Positions 23,134 through 33,185 of a stretch of 64,000 nucleotides of DNA are shown piece by piece. Below the pieces are notes generated by a model. That model had not been told where the DNA came from. It made no database searches and saw nothing but the letters and a program-made list of their open reading frames with translations. Position 1 is the stretch's first letter. Every line of letters starts with the position of its first letter. Source of the stretch: an uncultured candidate division Zixibacteria bacterium (GTDB taxonomy: Bacteria > Zixibacteria > MSB-5A5 > GN15 > FEB-12); NCBI GenBank assembly GCA_963806185.1, contig CAWDXE010000007.1, positions 128,001 through 192,000 of the forward strand. The letters run 5' to 3'. Both the position numbers and the translations under genes were made by a program.

Positions 23134-26100
23134 ATGTTCACGAAAACTGCGTGTTCAACATTCGCGCTGATCGTACTGCTGCCGATTCTTGCATGGGCTG
23201 AGCGCATCTCAGTTGCGTCGCAAGAAAGCTCGGACGTAGTCGTGACGGTGCTCGAATCAAGCGATACTCGCACCGTCGTCCGCTTCGACATTAATGCCTT
23301 CAATCAGGACACTGTCGATGTCGAGGGAAAACCATACTTCAGGCTCAGACTGTCGGGGGAATCCTTTGCCCATCAACTCGGTGCACCCGAGTTGCCGGTG
23401 ATTTACCGGAGTCTCGGTCTGCCTGACAATGTTGATGCGAGCCTGCGGATCGTGTCGTCGGAGTTTGTCGACATATCAAACACCCCGGTAGTTCCGTCCG
23501 ATGGCGGGATCGTACCCGAGGCGGGGGAGCGCAAGTGGACATTCGGATCGGCCTATTATGCGTCAACCTGGGTGCCTTCAGCGATAGCAGAGCTGGCGGA
23601 CCCGTTCATAATGAGAGGCATTCGAGGGGTCACTGCCAATATCAACGCGTTTCAGTATCAGCCGACAACGCACACTCTCCGCGTGTTTCGCTCGATAACA
23701 GTCGAGATTTCCGCTGATCATGCGGCGGTGACCAATGTGAGACGAGCTGATGCCTCACGCCCCGCGATAACTGGGGACTTCCAGCGGATTTATCAGGGTT
23801 TGTTTCTCAATTACGGCGCCGTAGAGAAGAGATTGGTTGCGGATCGATCGATCGCTCCATCGTCGACATCGGGAACGGGCATGCAGGCCTGGCCGGATCC
23901 GGAGATGCCGGACGAGCTGGGAGAGATGCTGATCGTCGTTTACGACGACTTCCATGATGCCATGCTGCCGTTTGTGGAGTGGAAGCAGCAGAAGGGGATG
24001 AAGACCACGATGGTACGGGTGTCGGAAACGGCGAACTATCCGTTCACGCCAGTCAGTTATCCGTATGAGTTCTGTCCTCTCACTGCGGTTTGTAATAGCG
24101 TGAAGTCATACATTCAGAATTATTACAATGAGCACCCTACGTTGTCCTATGTGCTCCTGGTTGGAGACGGTAACGAGATTCCGGCCATCGAGTGTCGATC
24201 GTTTGAGAGCGAAGTCACTGAATCTGATTTCTCATACAGCCTTATCGACGGTGTTGACGCCTATCCGGATGTCATTGTCGGTCGATTCTCAGCCTCCACG
24301 GTCGCACATGTTCAAACGCAGGTGAGCCGGAGTATCGACTATGAGAAGGCGAATATCGCCCCGGGCTGGCTGGAAAAGGCGGTCAACATCTCAGATCTCA
24401 GTTTCGCCGGCGGCGAAATGGATCAGATACGCGATCTGTTGGTTGCCGATGGATATCAAGTGGACAACTGGTATTGTCAGGACGCCATGAACTGCCCGGA
24501 GGGTACAACGATCGAGTCGAACCTGATTGCTGCCTTGAACGGCCCGGGACGAAGCGTAGTGAACTACTATTGGCACGGGAATGAGAATAGCTGGGCGTTC
24601 AGCCCTTTCACTGTCGATGATGTACGCGGTTTGCATAACACAGGAAAGCTGCCTATTCTCTTCAGCATCGCCTGTCGACCGGGACACTTCGTTGCCACGC
24701 CGTGTTTTGCTGAAGCGATGCTGCAGTCTCGCGAGAACTATGTCGGTGACCCGATCGGTGCGGTCGGTGCGTATATGTCATCAGAGATCATTACCGGGCC
24801 GGAATTGTGGAACGGCATCATGAGCGCTATCGGCGATCTCACCGCCGAAAACGGTAACAGCACTTACGGCGGCATGTGCTTTCATGCAGCACACACGATG
24901 GTACAGCGGGGCTCTGAGGCCTGGGCCGGCGTAATGATCGTTTTCGGAGATCCTTCGCTGCAAGTGCGCAAGCAGGCACCCGGTACACTGGCGATTGCGC
25001 CCTTAACGAGTATCGACTACAACGCAGCCAGTGTGACCTTATCTGGCGCAACGCTCAACGGCGCGGCCGCGCCGAACATCCGGTGCGGGTTATATGGCGA
25101 TAGCACGATGTGGGGTTCGAGTCTCACGGACGTCGCTGGCCAAGTGTCGGTACCGTTGAGTTCTCCCATCTTTGCCTCTGGTCCGCTACTGCTGACTGTT
25201 ACGGCGCGCGACGCGGACGTAATCCAGATGCCGGTGGCGTTGACGGGATTGACCATTCAGGCTGCGCAGTTGCCGAATACCATTGAGATCCTGGAGCCGT
25301 ATACCGTAACCTGCAAGGTGTTCCACGACAATTACTCGTATTCGACTCCGGCGCTCGAATATCGGGTGAATAGTGATCCCACATGGCAGTCCATTACCAT
25401 GACGTCCGGGACAAATCCTGACGAGTATAGCGGGCAAATCCCCGCTCAGGCACCGGGCAGCACCGTCTACTATCGCGTCTCGGCTTCGAACGAGAACTCC
25501 TATTCGTACGTTACGCCGGAGTACAGCTTCTGGGTCGTCGACTATGCTTTCACCCTCGATGTGCCTGAAGTGACGATCGACACGGAACTGTATAACCATC
25601 CCGTGTATTTCGACATGGGCATAACAAACGAAGGCGCGGTGACGGACTATTACACTCTCAGTGTCGCCGAGGGACTACCGTGGACCGCGACGTTCGTGAA
25701 TATGGCTGATCAACCCATCACTCAGACTTCGACGATGCACAGCGGACTCGGGTATGCATTTCGACTCAAGGTAATAGTCGGTTCCGCAACTCCAGATGCG
25801 GCGATTGATATCCCGATAACAGTTGCGTCGGGACAACGTCCGGAGCTTACCCGGTCCGAGACTTTCACGGTGGTGTCTGAGGGTGCTGCGTTGACGCCGC
25901 CGTTCGCGGACGATTTTGCCGGTTCGACGCTCGATTTGGACAAGTGGCGCGACTGTCTGCAGGCAATCAACAAGTTGCTGATTTCAAGCAGCGCCTATTA
26001 CGATGCGGGTGGCGCACGACCGCAGCCATACTCTGCCTGCCTGTATACGTCGATGGAACTGGGGCTGGCAGCCTCAGCTGCTCTTGTGATGTGCTCCGGG

Positions 26101-27975
26101 TTGACGAGCAAGATGATCGACCTGTCATCGTTTGCCAATGCAAAACTGTCGTTTTGGGGAGAGCGCGGCGGAATGCTAAACCTGCCGGAAGGCGATGACG
26201 AATTGGTTGTTGAGTACATGGATGGTCAGAAGGTGTGGCAGGAGTTGGCTCGATACGGGTCTACATATTTCACTAATGCTGCGTTCACGGAGGTGCGTCA
26301 GGCGCTGCCGTTGGCTGCACTTCACTCTCGGACTCAGATTCGTTTTTATTCAATCTCAACCGTCGATCTCAAAGACCCGATACAGGGCGATCGGGACCAT
26401 TGGTTCATCGATGACGCTTCTATTTACGTCGTGCCCAGTGCTCCGGTGTTATCAACGCCCATTTCGGGGACTCATTCGACGAACCAAACGCCGACGCTGA
26501 CCTGGCAGCCGTCGCAGCCATCCGGGCAAGTGAGCTCATATCATGTGGAGATCAGTCTGGATCCGACATTTGCACAGATCCACCGTTCAGCCTCCGTAAC
26601 CGGTACCACCTGGACAGTCACGCCCGCCCTCGGAACGGGTGCCGCATCCTACTACTGGCGAGTGAATGCTCAGATGCAGCTGGCGAGTACACAGCTGACA
26701 GATTCAAGTGCCTGGTCGACGACTTATACCTACGTCACAACGACGGGGGGGGGCGGTGGTGGGGGCTCCTCATGTCCCGTCTTGTTTGCATATAATGGGG
26801 CAGCTTATCAGGAAGAGAATCCGCTGCTCACGCGTTGCGAAGAGAGCGGTTATAAGGACGCAGTGACGGACTACTATCTTGTTCAAACGCGAGTTGATGC
26901 GAAAACCGGGTTGCTCAGATTCGAACTTCGCGAACAGGAAGATGAGATAACTTATCTGGACAGTGTCTCCTTGCTGCAAGTTGATCATAGCAGCGGCACC
27001 AAGGTAGGATGTTCGGTCGATGGGTTCCCGTTCCTCTACAACGATATCATCTCGCCGATTGCGGCGATCGACCAGGATGGAAACGACTGGCTGGAGGCAG
27101 TCAGTGACAAAGATAACGTCTTGTTTACCGCCATTGGGCCGGGGGAGCTGACGGTTACGTTTGAGGTACCGGCTGGGCGGACAGGTCTCAGAATAGCTGC
27201 CGGTCTCAAGCCGCCTTACTGTATAGCGCGGAAACCCGGATCAGGTACCCCCGTCGCCGGAATGAGGGGGGTGAATGTCTCAGGTCGATCAGCGGAAGTC
27301 GGCTGGAACGACCTCGCAACCTTGCCGTTGCGAGAGCGGCCGACGGACGAATATGTGCTTCTTAACGCGGGTACAGATGGAAATCAGAGGACGATCGAGT
27401 TACGAATTACCTGGCCAGATGCCTATGTCGCCGATGTAATCAGTTTGGTCGTGATTGCCGACGAGCAGCCGGTGGTCTCTCCGCTATTGGCAGATTGCGG
27501 CAAGTTGACGCACAAAGACGGGACAGGTATCGACGTAATTCGGCCGAGTGAGGACCGAGTGACGCTCATAAAGGGCGACGTGCTCGCACTTGATTTCAAG
27601 GCGGAAGAGACGTCAAGCCCGTGGACGACGCGCGACTACGTCGTAAAGGCATCGGGTCGGTATGTGCCTGTCGTTGTCGCGTCAACGGATCTACCCGTGA
27701 AATTTGAGCTGTACTTCAATTACCCGAACCCGTTCAATCCGACCACCACTGTCGAATACGACTTACCCGTCTCGTGTCAGGTGAATCTCAAGGTGTACAA
27801 CGTGCTGGGTCAGGAGGTCATAACCTTGGTGAACGCCATGGAACAAGCAGGACATAAGTCTGTTGTCTGGAACGGTCGCAACAATGCGGGGGAAGCAGTG
27901 GCGAGTGGTGTGTATATGTATAGGCTGGCCGCCGGCAACTTTGTGCAAGTGAAGAAGATGCAGTTGATCAAATAG
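23134..27975 (+). CDS. C25 (gingipain-like) cysteine peptidase with propeptide, FN3-like domains and C-terminal FlgD-Ig/T9SS-type sorting domain
   Basis: Signal peptide; GAPELP propeptide; FVEWKQQKG, YVLLVGD, VIVGRFSA, catalytic YYWHG and SIAC, FGDPSL; tail NYPNPFNPTT...VYNVLGQEV...WNGRN...VASGVYMYRL...KKMQLIK; RBS AGGAGAAAGG. Confidence 0.9.
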   Translation: MFTKTACSTFALIVLLPILAWAERISVASQESSDVVVTVLESSDTRTVVRFDINAFNQDTVDVEGKPYFRLRLSGESFAHQLGAPELPVIYRSLGLPDNVDASLRIVSSEFVDISNTPVVPSDGGIVPEAGERKWTFGSAYYASTWVPSAIAELADPFIMRGIRGVTANINAFQYQPTTHTLRVFRSITVEISADHAAVTNVRRADASRPAITGDFQRIYQGLFLNYGAVEKRLVADRSIAPSSTSGTGMQAWPDPEMPDELGEMLIVVYDDFHDAMLPFVEWKQQKGMKTTMVRVSETANYPFTPVSYPYEFCPLTAVCNSVKSYIQNYYNEHPTLSYVLLVGDGNEIPAIECRSFESEVTESDFSYSLIDGVDAYPDVIVGRFSASTVAHVQTQVSRSIDYEKANIAPGWLEKAVNISDLSFAGGEMDQIRDLLVADGYQVDNWYCQDAMNCPEGTTIESNLIAALNGPGRSVVNYYWHGNENSWAFSPFTVDDVRGLHNTGKLPILFSIACRPGHFVATPCFAEAMLQSRENYVGDPIGAVGAYMSSEIITGPELWNGIMSAIGDLTAENGNSTYGGMCFHAAHTMVQRGSEAWAGVMIVFGDPSLQVRKQAPGTLAIAPLTSIDYNAASVTLSGATLNGAAAPNIRCGLYGDSTMWGSSLTDVAGQVSVPLSSPIFASGPLLLTVTARDADVIQMPVALTGLTIQAAQLPNTIEILEPYTVTCKVFHDNYSYSTPALEYRVNSDPTWQSITMTSGTNPDEYSGQIPAQAPGSTVYYRVSASNENSYSYVTPEYSFWVVDYAFTLDVPEVTIDTELYNHPVYFDMGITNEGAVTDYYTLSVAEGLPWTATFVNMADQPITQTSTMHSGLGYAFRLKVIVGSATPDAAIDIPITVASGQRPELTRSETFTVVSEGAALTPPFADDFAGSTLDLDKWRDCLQAINKLLISSSAYYDAGGARPQPYSACLYTSMELGLAASAALVMCSGLTSKMIDLSSFANAKLSFWGERGGMLNLPEGDDELVVEYMDGQKVWQELARYGSTYFTNAAFTEVRQALPLAALHSRTQIRFYSISTVDLKDPIQGDRDHWFIDDASIYVVPSAPVLSTPISGTHSTNQTPTLTWQPSQPSGQVSSYHVEISLDPTFAQIHRSASVTGTTWTVTPALGTGAASYYWRVNAQMQLASTQLTDSSAWSTTYTYVTTTGGGGGGGSSCPVLFAYNGAAYQEENPLLTRCEESGYKDAVTDYYLVQTRVDAKTGLLRFELREQEDEITYLDSVSLLQVDHSSGTKVGCSVDGFPFLYNDIISPIAAIDQDGNDWLEAVSDKDNVLFTAIGPGELTVTFEVPAGRTGLRIAAGLKPPYCIARKPGSGTPVAGMRGVNVSGRSAEVGWNDLATLPLRERPTDEYVLLNAGTDGNQRTIELRITWPDAYVADVISLVVIADEQPVVSPLLADCGKLTHKDGTGIDVIRPSEDRVTLIKGDVLALDFKAEETSSPWTTRDYVVKASGRYVPVVVASTDLPVKFELYFNYPNPFNPTTTVEYDLPVSCQVNLKVYNVLGQEVITLVNAMEQAGHKSVVWNGRNNAGEAVASGVYMYRLAAGNFVQVKKMQLIK

Positions 27976-28020
27976 CTGCGTTGATTTGCGGCGACAGTGC
28001 CGTTAGAGCGCGTTATTCAG

Positions 28021-28057
28021 AGTGCCATGTCGCTCACGATCGGGTGTGCATGGCACT
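28021..28057. other. Stem-loop downstream of the C25 gene
   Basis: AGTGCCATG...CATGGCACT 9-bp inverted repeat; no U-tract. Confidence 0.35.
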
Positions 28058-28424
28058 CGCGATATCGACATTTGGCAAGGTCAGTCGTCCTGCGCACGAT
28101 CGATCCGGATGGTTTTGGTGGTATTTCGGATTACCTTTCGGCTTGGCAGCGAGCTCGGTCGCTGGAAGAGTGAAGAATCACTTGCATCCACTCAATCGTA
28201 CTGTAGATTGTGGTTGCCATTGTCGGTGATGCCTGGATAGAGCACCGACAACAGGCTATGGTTACAATCATCGATCTTGAGTGCCCGGTGGTGAGTGAGC
28301 GTATGACGTTCTACGAACACACCATCAGGGATTCACATACGTAAATCATCTGAGCTAAACTCTGTGGGCAGTGCTGCCCAACTGCGCAGTTGGGCTGTCT
28401 GCCGAGAAGGGAGAGGAGTAAACC

Positions 28425-31400
28425 ATGGAACCGGGTAACTTCATCAAGGTTTCCAGCTTACTGTTGGCAGTGTTGACGACGGCGTATCCGTCTGCAGGCG
28501 GGGCTACAGAGAAACCCGACGGGGGAATCGACAATCGCCGTCAAACAATCAAAACCTACGATCTGGCGGCGGATCGACCACGCGAGCGGATATCTACGAG
28601 ACTTTCGGGGATTGTTGGTCCCCAATTAGCCGCACCCGTCCGACGAATCTCCGTCGGCGCCTCCGGCGATAACGCGGCTACCGCGGGCCCGGGTATCGAA
28701 GTTGAAGCTTCTTACGACGACTGGCAGGGCTCGTCTCGCGGCCGTCGCGTGGATTTCTGGGGCACCCCGGATATGCACTTCGTTTATCAGGATCAGCCCG
28801 CACCGATTACGACTGAAGAGCGTGCCGGCTATAACGTGTATAGCCCCACGCTCAATAACTGGCCGAAAGGCTTGGGCATTGGTTGCGAAGTTCAGGCCGC
28901 CGGCGACTACGGTATCATCACCTCGATGGCTGTGACCCCCAAGGGCCGCGTCATCCTGGCTGGTGCAGAGCCGCTGTCTCAGATGGACAACCACTTCTAT
29001 TATCAGCCCTCTGCCACAGCTTACTCTTGCACCTGGGGCACCGGCACCAAGATTCCGAAACTCGGCACCAACGGCTACAGCACCTGGCGTGGCCTTGCTT
29101 CCGATACCGCTCCGGAAATGGTTCTCCCGATTGTGGAAACACAAATCATCGGTTCTGATACCATTACCCACGTTGCGGCTCGTTGGCAGGGCACGGTTAA
29201 TCGCCCGCGCGACCGGCAATCGGCCACCGCCGGTTTCCCGATGCTGTACTACCGCAAGCTTGGCCAGACGGCCTGCCGGTACCTGGACCGGTCCGGTACT
29301 TCTGGATACCGTCTTCTCGCAGTGCAACCTGGCTGCTTCCCGCGTGAATAGCAATATCGCCGTTGTCTACACCCGTAACGACCGATCAGGGTTACATTCA
29401 GGGGAAGGCAACGACGAATGCGTGGCTTATCGGGAATCCACCGACGGTGGATTGACCTGGGGCCCGCGTACGGCGATTACCACGCAAGACCGGGCGTCGC
29501 GTCAATCTCTCCGTGGATCGAATGCTCAGGCGCTCTACGACCAGCAACGGCGATCTCCACGCGGTTTTCAACGCGGTCAACGTTGTTGCCGATCCATACG
29601 CGAGCAGGATATGAATGGAATTCGCTATTCAATGGGTCGAATGTCTATCACTGGACGAAATCCATCAATCAGATCAGCCTGATTTACGATGCCACCTGGC
29701 CCGATCCGGCTTGGGTATGTGGGTGGATGGGATTCGACGCCCTGACTACGGCACAACTGAGCATTTCCGAGTGCGCTGGCCGTCTCTATGTGTTCTGGTC
29801 GATGGCCAACGATCTCAATACCCCCGGTGCTCCGACCGACGATTGTACTTCCGGCGGTGCGCCGTATGACTGGCGTTTTTATGCCAACGCCGACGTCTTC
29901 ATGTCGGTGTCCAACGATCTCGCCGGCGCCCTGTGGGATGCCCCGCGTAACATCACCAATACCTATACCCCGAACTGTGACTCTGCCACCGGCAACGGCG
30001 TTTGTATGAACGACGTCAAGATGGCGGTGTCGCGTTATGGTATGGACTCCTCGCAGTACGGCGTGGCCATGACCTGGCAAGAGCCGCCGCTCACCATGGG
30101 TGGTACCATTACCAACGACTCGACTCTCCACCTGTTCTATGTGGAAGATCACTATCCGGGCCAGTACAATTTACAGGACGCCTCGTTGACGTTCGTTCCG
30201 ACGCTGAACCCGCTGCGCTATGCTCGCTTGGCGTGTGTTGCGCCGAACACCGCTCCGACAATTCACTTGGAACCTCTTGTCGCCTCGGCCTCAATCCGAC
30301 ATGGCATGAGCGCCGCGGTAACCGTGACCGTTCGCAATAGCGGCAATACCACACTTACGATAGGCTCCATCGACATACATAAGGACAACTACGCCCCTGA
30401 GAACTGGCTCGGAGTGTCTGCCACTTCACAGTCCGTTCCACCCGCAAGTACGGGAACTTTCAATGTCAGCTTCACCGCCACACCTTTTTTCACGGCGGGT
30501 ACAATTTGGACTGCCGGCGGGAGTGTGACTCTGCATTCAAACGTGCATACGGCTGACTCGGTGCTGGTCATTCCTGTAGGTTTGGCGGTAAAAGATGACA
30601 CGACAGAATCCGTGAAGATATATGAGCTTGATTATCGAACCGCGGGACCCGAAAAGCCCCAAACGGTGTGGGCTTGGGCGCGAATAGCATTTCAGCCGGG
30701 TCCAGGAATCAAGTACTTCAACCTGGCCGTAAATGATGCTTGGCGGGTGAAGAATGTGCCGGTTTACGCGGTTGAGGGTGGTTTCCCTATCCAATCTCTT
30801 GACATCCTATTTCCTCTGTTGGAGAGCACACCCAGTGTTCGCTATGGCTTTACAATTACGCCTGGAATCGGGACACAACCAGAATGCAGACTTGTGGACG
30901 ATCCGACCAGGATGTTAGTTTATTGGCCGAGCGGCCTTGCCGAACAAGAGGTCGTGGACACGGGACTCGCCTATGTCGCACCGACCGCTATTACCGGGGG
31001 CTTGGTCGCAGATGGCACGGCACACAGACATCTCGATTTCCCAAGCCAACAAGCGTGTGTGATGTGTTGTACTCCGACGTCCGTTTCGAACTCACTGAAA
31101 TTTCTAAATACAAGGCACAACCTGCATATCCCGGAGGCGGAATTGTCGCCTGAGGCGATGAAGGCAGCGACCCATTGGACTGCCAAGGACGGTTGCTGGG
31201 GGACCATTGACCCGGAAAGAGGACCCAGCAACTGGAATACATGGTATGCATATAAGAAACAGTACTTGCTTAACAATGGAATTCCCATTTGGACTGAGCG
31301 GCGTTCGCCTTATCGTGTTAACGAAATGGCGGCAGAAATAGATAAGAACAACGTCGTTGAAATGAGCTTCTGGGGACGGCGCTACGATCCTTCCGAAAAC

Positions 31401-31856
31401 GAGTTTATAGAATGGGGACATACAGCTTCGTTGATCGGCATCACTGACGTAGGCGGCGGCCGCTATTCTATGGTGTTTGCCGACGATTTACAACAGGGGA
31501 ATGATTCCGTACCAACCTGGCCGCCGTATATCATGGTCTGGGACGCCAATACACAGATGTTCCAATCTCATGTATATCGTACGATCCGGAATCTCGTCAT
31601 TGAGACTCCAGTCGATTCCGTCTCCGGTTGCTGTATTGCCACGACCGGCAACGTCGACGGCGATGCCCTTGACGGCGTAGACGTCGGTGATCTGACCAAG
31701 CTGATCAATAACCTGTTTATCACCTTTGAAGCCATTGACTGCCCGGCGGAAGCCAACTGTGATGGCGACGGTGCGAACAGTGTCGACGTAGGTGACTTGA
31801 CGGCGTTGATTAACAACCTGTTCATAACCTTTGCGCCGCTTCCTGCCTGTCAGTAG
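28425..31856 (+). CDS. Secreted paralogue of the 14232 protein (shared N-domain) with a papain-like/C39-like peptidase region and C-terminal dockerin; several indels at ~29270-29610
   Basis: ORF pieces 28425-29351, 28963-29682 and 29418-31856 each align in turn to the N-terminal ~600 aa of the 14232 gene (YDDWQxxSRGRxVDFW, FWSMANDxNTPGAPTDDC, FYVEDHYPGQ). C-part has QQACVMCCTPTSVSNSL, EWGHTASLIG, VFADD. RBS AGGAG. Confidence 0.78.
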
Positions 31857-31873
31857 GCAAAGTCGAATCTTCG

Positions 31874-31910
31874 GAGCGAGGCCACAATCATTGAGATTGT
31901 GGCCTCGCTC
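31874..31910 (+). terminator. Strong hairpin after the 28425 gene
   Basis: Perfect 16-bp stem GAGCGAGGCCACAATC-attga-GATTGTGGCCTCGCTC, 17 nt after the stop; weak U-tract. Confidence 0.6.
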
Positions 31911-32146
31911 TGACTACGCAGCTCACCGATCCATGCTGCACCTCGTCCAACTTGATACTGCTTCTGCGAACTCAGCTGTCACAGTAACCGGAGGATGTGA
32001 GTAGTCGGCAACCTCGCTGAGAGCTTCCGACAATTGCCCAAACCGAATCCCGGTCTCTCCACATTCGTGTGTCGTGCGAGAAATCCAGAGCTGCAGCCTA
32101 GTGAAGGCAATTTTGGTGACCGAGTGAGCGGTGTAGTTTTTGTGTG

Positions 32147-32304
32147 CCCAATTTGGGTCCAATCCGCTCCGGTGTAGACAAGTCTAGAGGCATCTAGACA
32201 AAACCATATGGAATTGCTAATTCGTTGGCGCAATTGATCTATGGCGTAATCGGTTGTATCGCAATTGAATGCGAAAACAGCCTCGCCGAATCCTACCTCC
32301 TCCG
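32147..32304 (+). repeat. ~160-bp non-coding direct repeat, copy 3
   Basis: Near-identical to 13701-13860; ends CGAATCCTACCTCCTCCG(C). Confidence 0.88.
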
Positions 32305-32639
32305 CTTTTATATTCAACGCGAAATATCCATTGTCAATGAGCGGCGAAGAGCGGGTGTTGAGGCAAGGGGCTGTGCGTCCGTGGAAGCACGGATGCAGTC
32401 GCACGGAGAAGATCAAATAGAGAAAAACTTGCCTGATAGGTGGGATACCCGTAGGGGACCAGGGGACCGACGCCTTGACCGCCGAAATTGTTTTCGATTT
32501 GGACATGACGCTTTTCGCCGTATTATGACCTGTTGAGAATGCGTGTTTGGTTACTCCTGTCTGTCCGGGGCGCGGACGAGTTCCGATCAGGCAAGGTGTA
32601 CGATACTTCACGATTTGTCTCACGAGCCCTGGAAGCGAA

Positions 32640-33185
32640 ATGTCAGCACACGAACCTTCGCCGACCGACAATTTACTGCGTCAACTTCTGTCCGAGAGCG
32701 AACATCATCGAGACCAGGTATTTGCAGATTTGCGTGAAAGATTCGTGCGGATCGCCAAAAGACGAATTGGGGTGCAGGATGCAGAAGACGTCGCCAACGA
32801 GGCGTGTCTGACGGTATTCGAGAAATATCGTGATTTGCCGGCGGACGTGAATTTTGCCGCCTGGATGTACCAGGTGCTGCGCAACAAGATAGGGAATCGT
32901 CTGCAGCAGCGGGCGCGGTCCAAACCGTCTGCTGGAGCGGCGGTGGAACTGCTGTCGGCACCGCTCGCGAGTACGGCTCTGGAGATTCGTCTTCTGGCCT
33001 GTCTGCACCGGATCTTCCAGACGAATAGTCGATATGCCCGGGTGCTGAATCTGGCGCATCTCGGTTTTTCGGCGGCGGAGATTTGTCAAAAGATAGGTAC
33101 TTCGAAGGAGAACCTGTATGTTCTCCTCAACCGGAGTCGAGCGCAGTTACGACGCTGTCTTAAGGAGAGCGAACCTCATGAGTAA
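32640..33185 (+). CDS. ECF-type RNA polymerase sigma-70 factor
   Basis: DAEDVANEACLTVF and FAAWMYQVLRNK (region 2); GFSAAEICQKIGTSKENLYVLLNRSRAQLRRCL (region 4). Confidence 0.9.
   Translation: MSAHEPSPTDNLLRQLLSESEHHRDQVFADLRERFVRIAKRRIGVQDAEDVANEACLTVFEKYRDLPADVNFAAWMYQVLRNKIGNRLQQRARSKPSAGAAVELLSAPLASTALEIRLLACLHRIFQTNSRYARVLNLAHLGFSAAEICQKIGTSKENLYVLLNRSRAQLRRCLKESEPHE

Noticed and set aside
19800..31856. Diversity-generating retroelement (repeated 3' gene ends as TR/VR)
   Set aside because: Differences among the tails are mostly synonymous rather than adenine-specific, and there is no reverse transcriptase in the window
13701..32304. IS/MITE or integron attC interpretation of the repeats
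   Set aside because: No terminal inverted repeats, target duplications, transposase or intI, and no RYYYAAC...GTTRRRY bracket
31979..32671. 230-aa minus-strand ORF and other short ORFs over the repeat element
   Set aside because: Reading frames are not preserved between repeat copies, so the element is treated as non-coding
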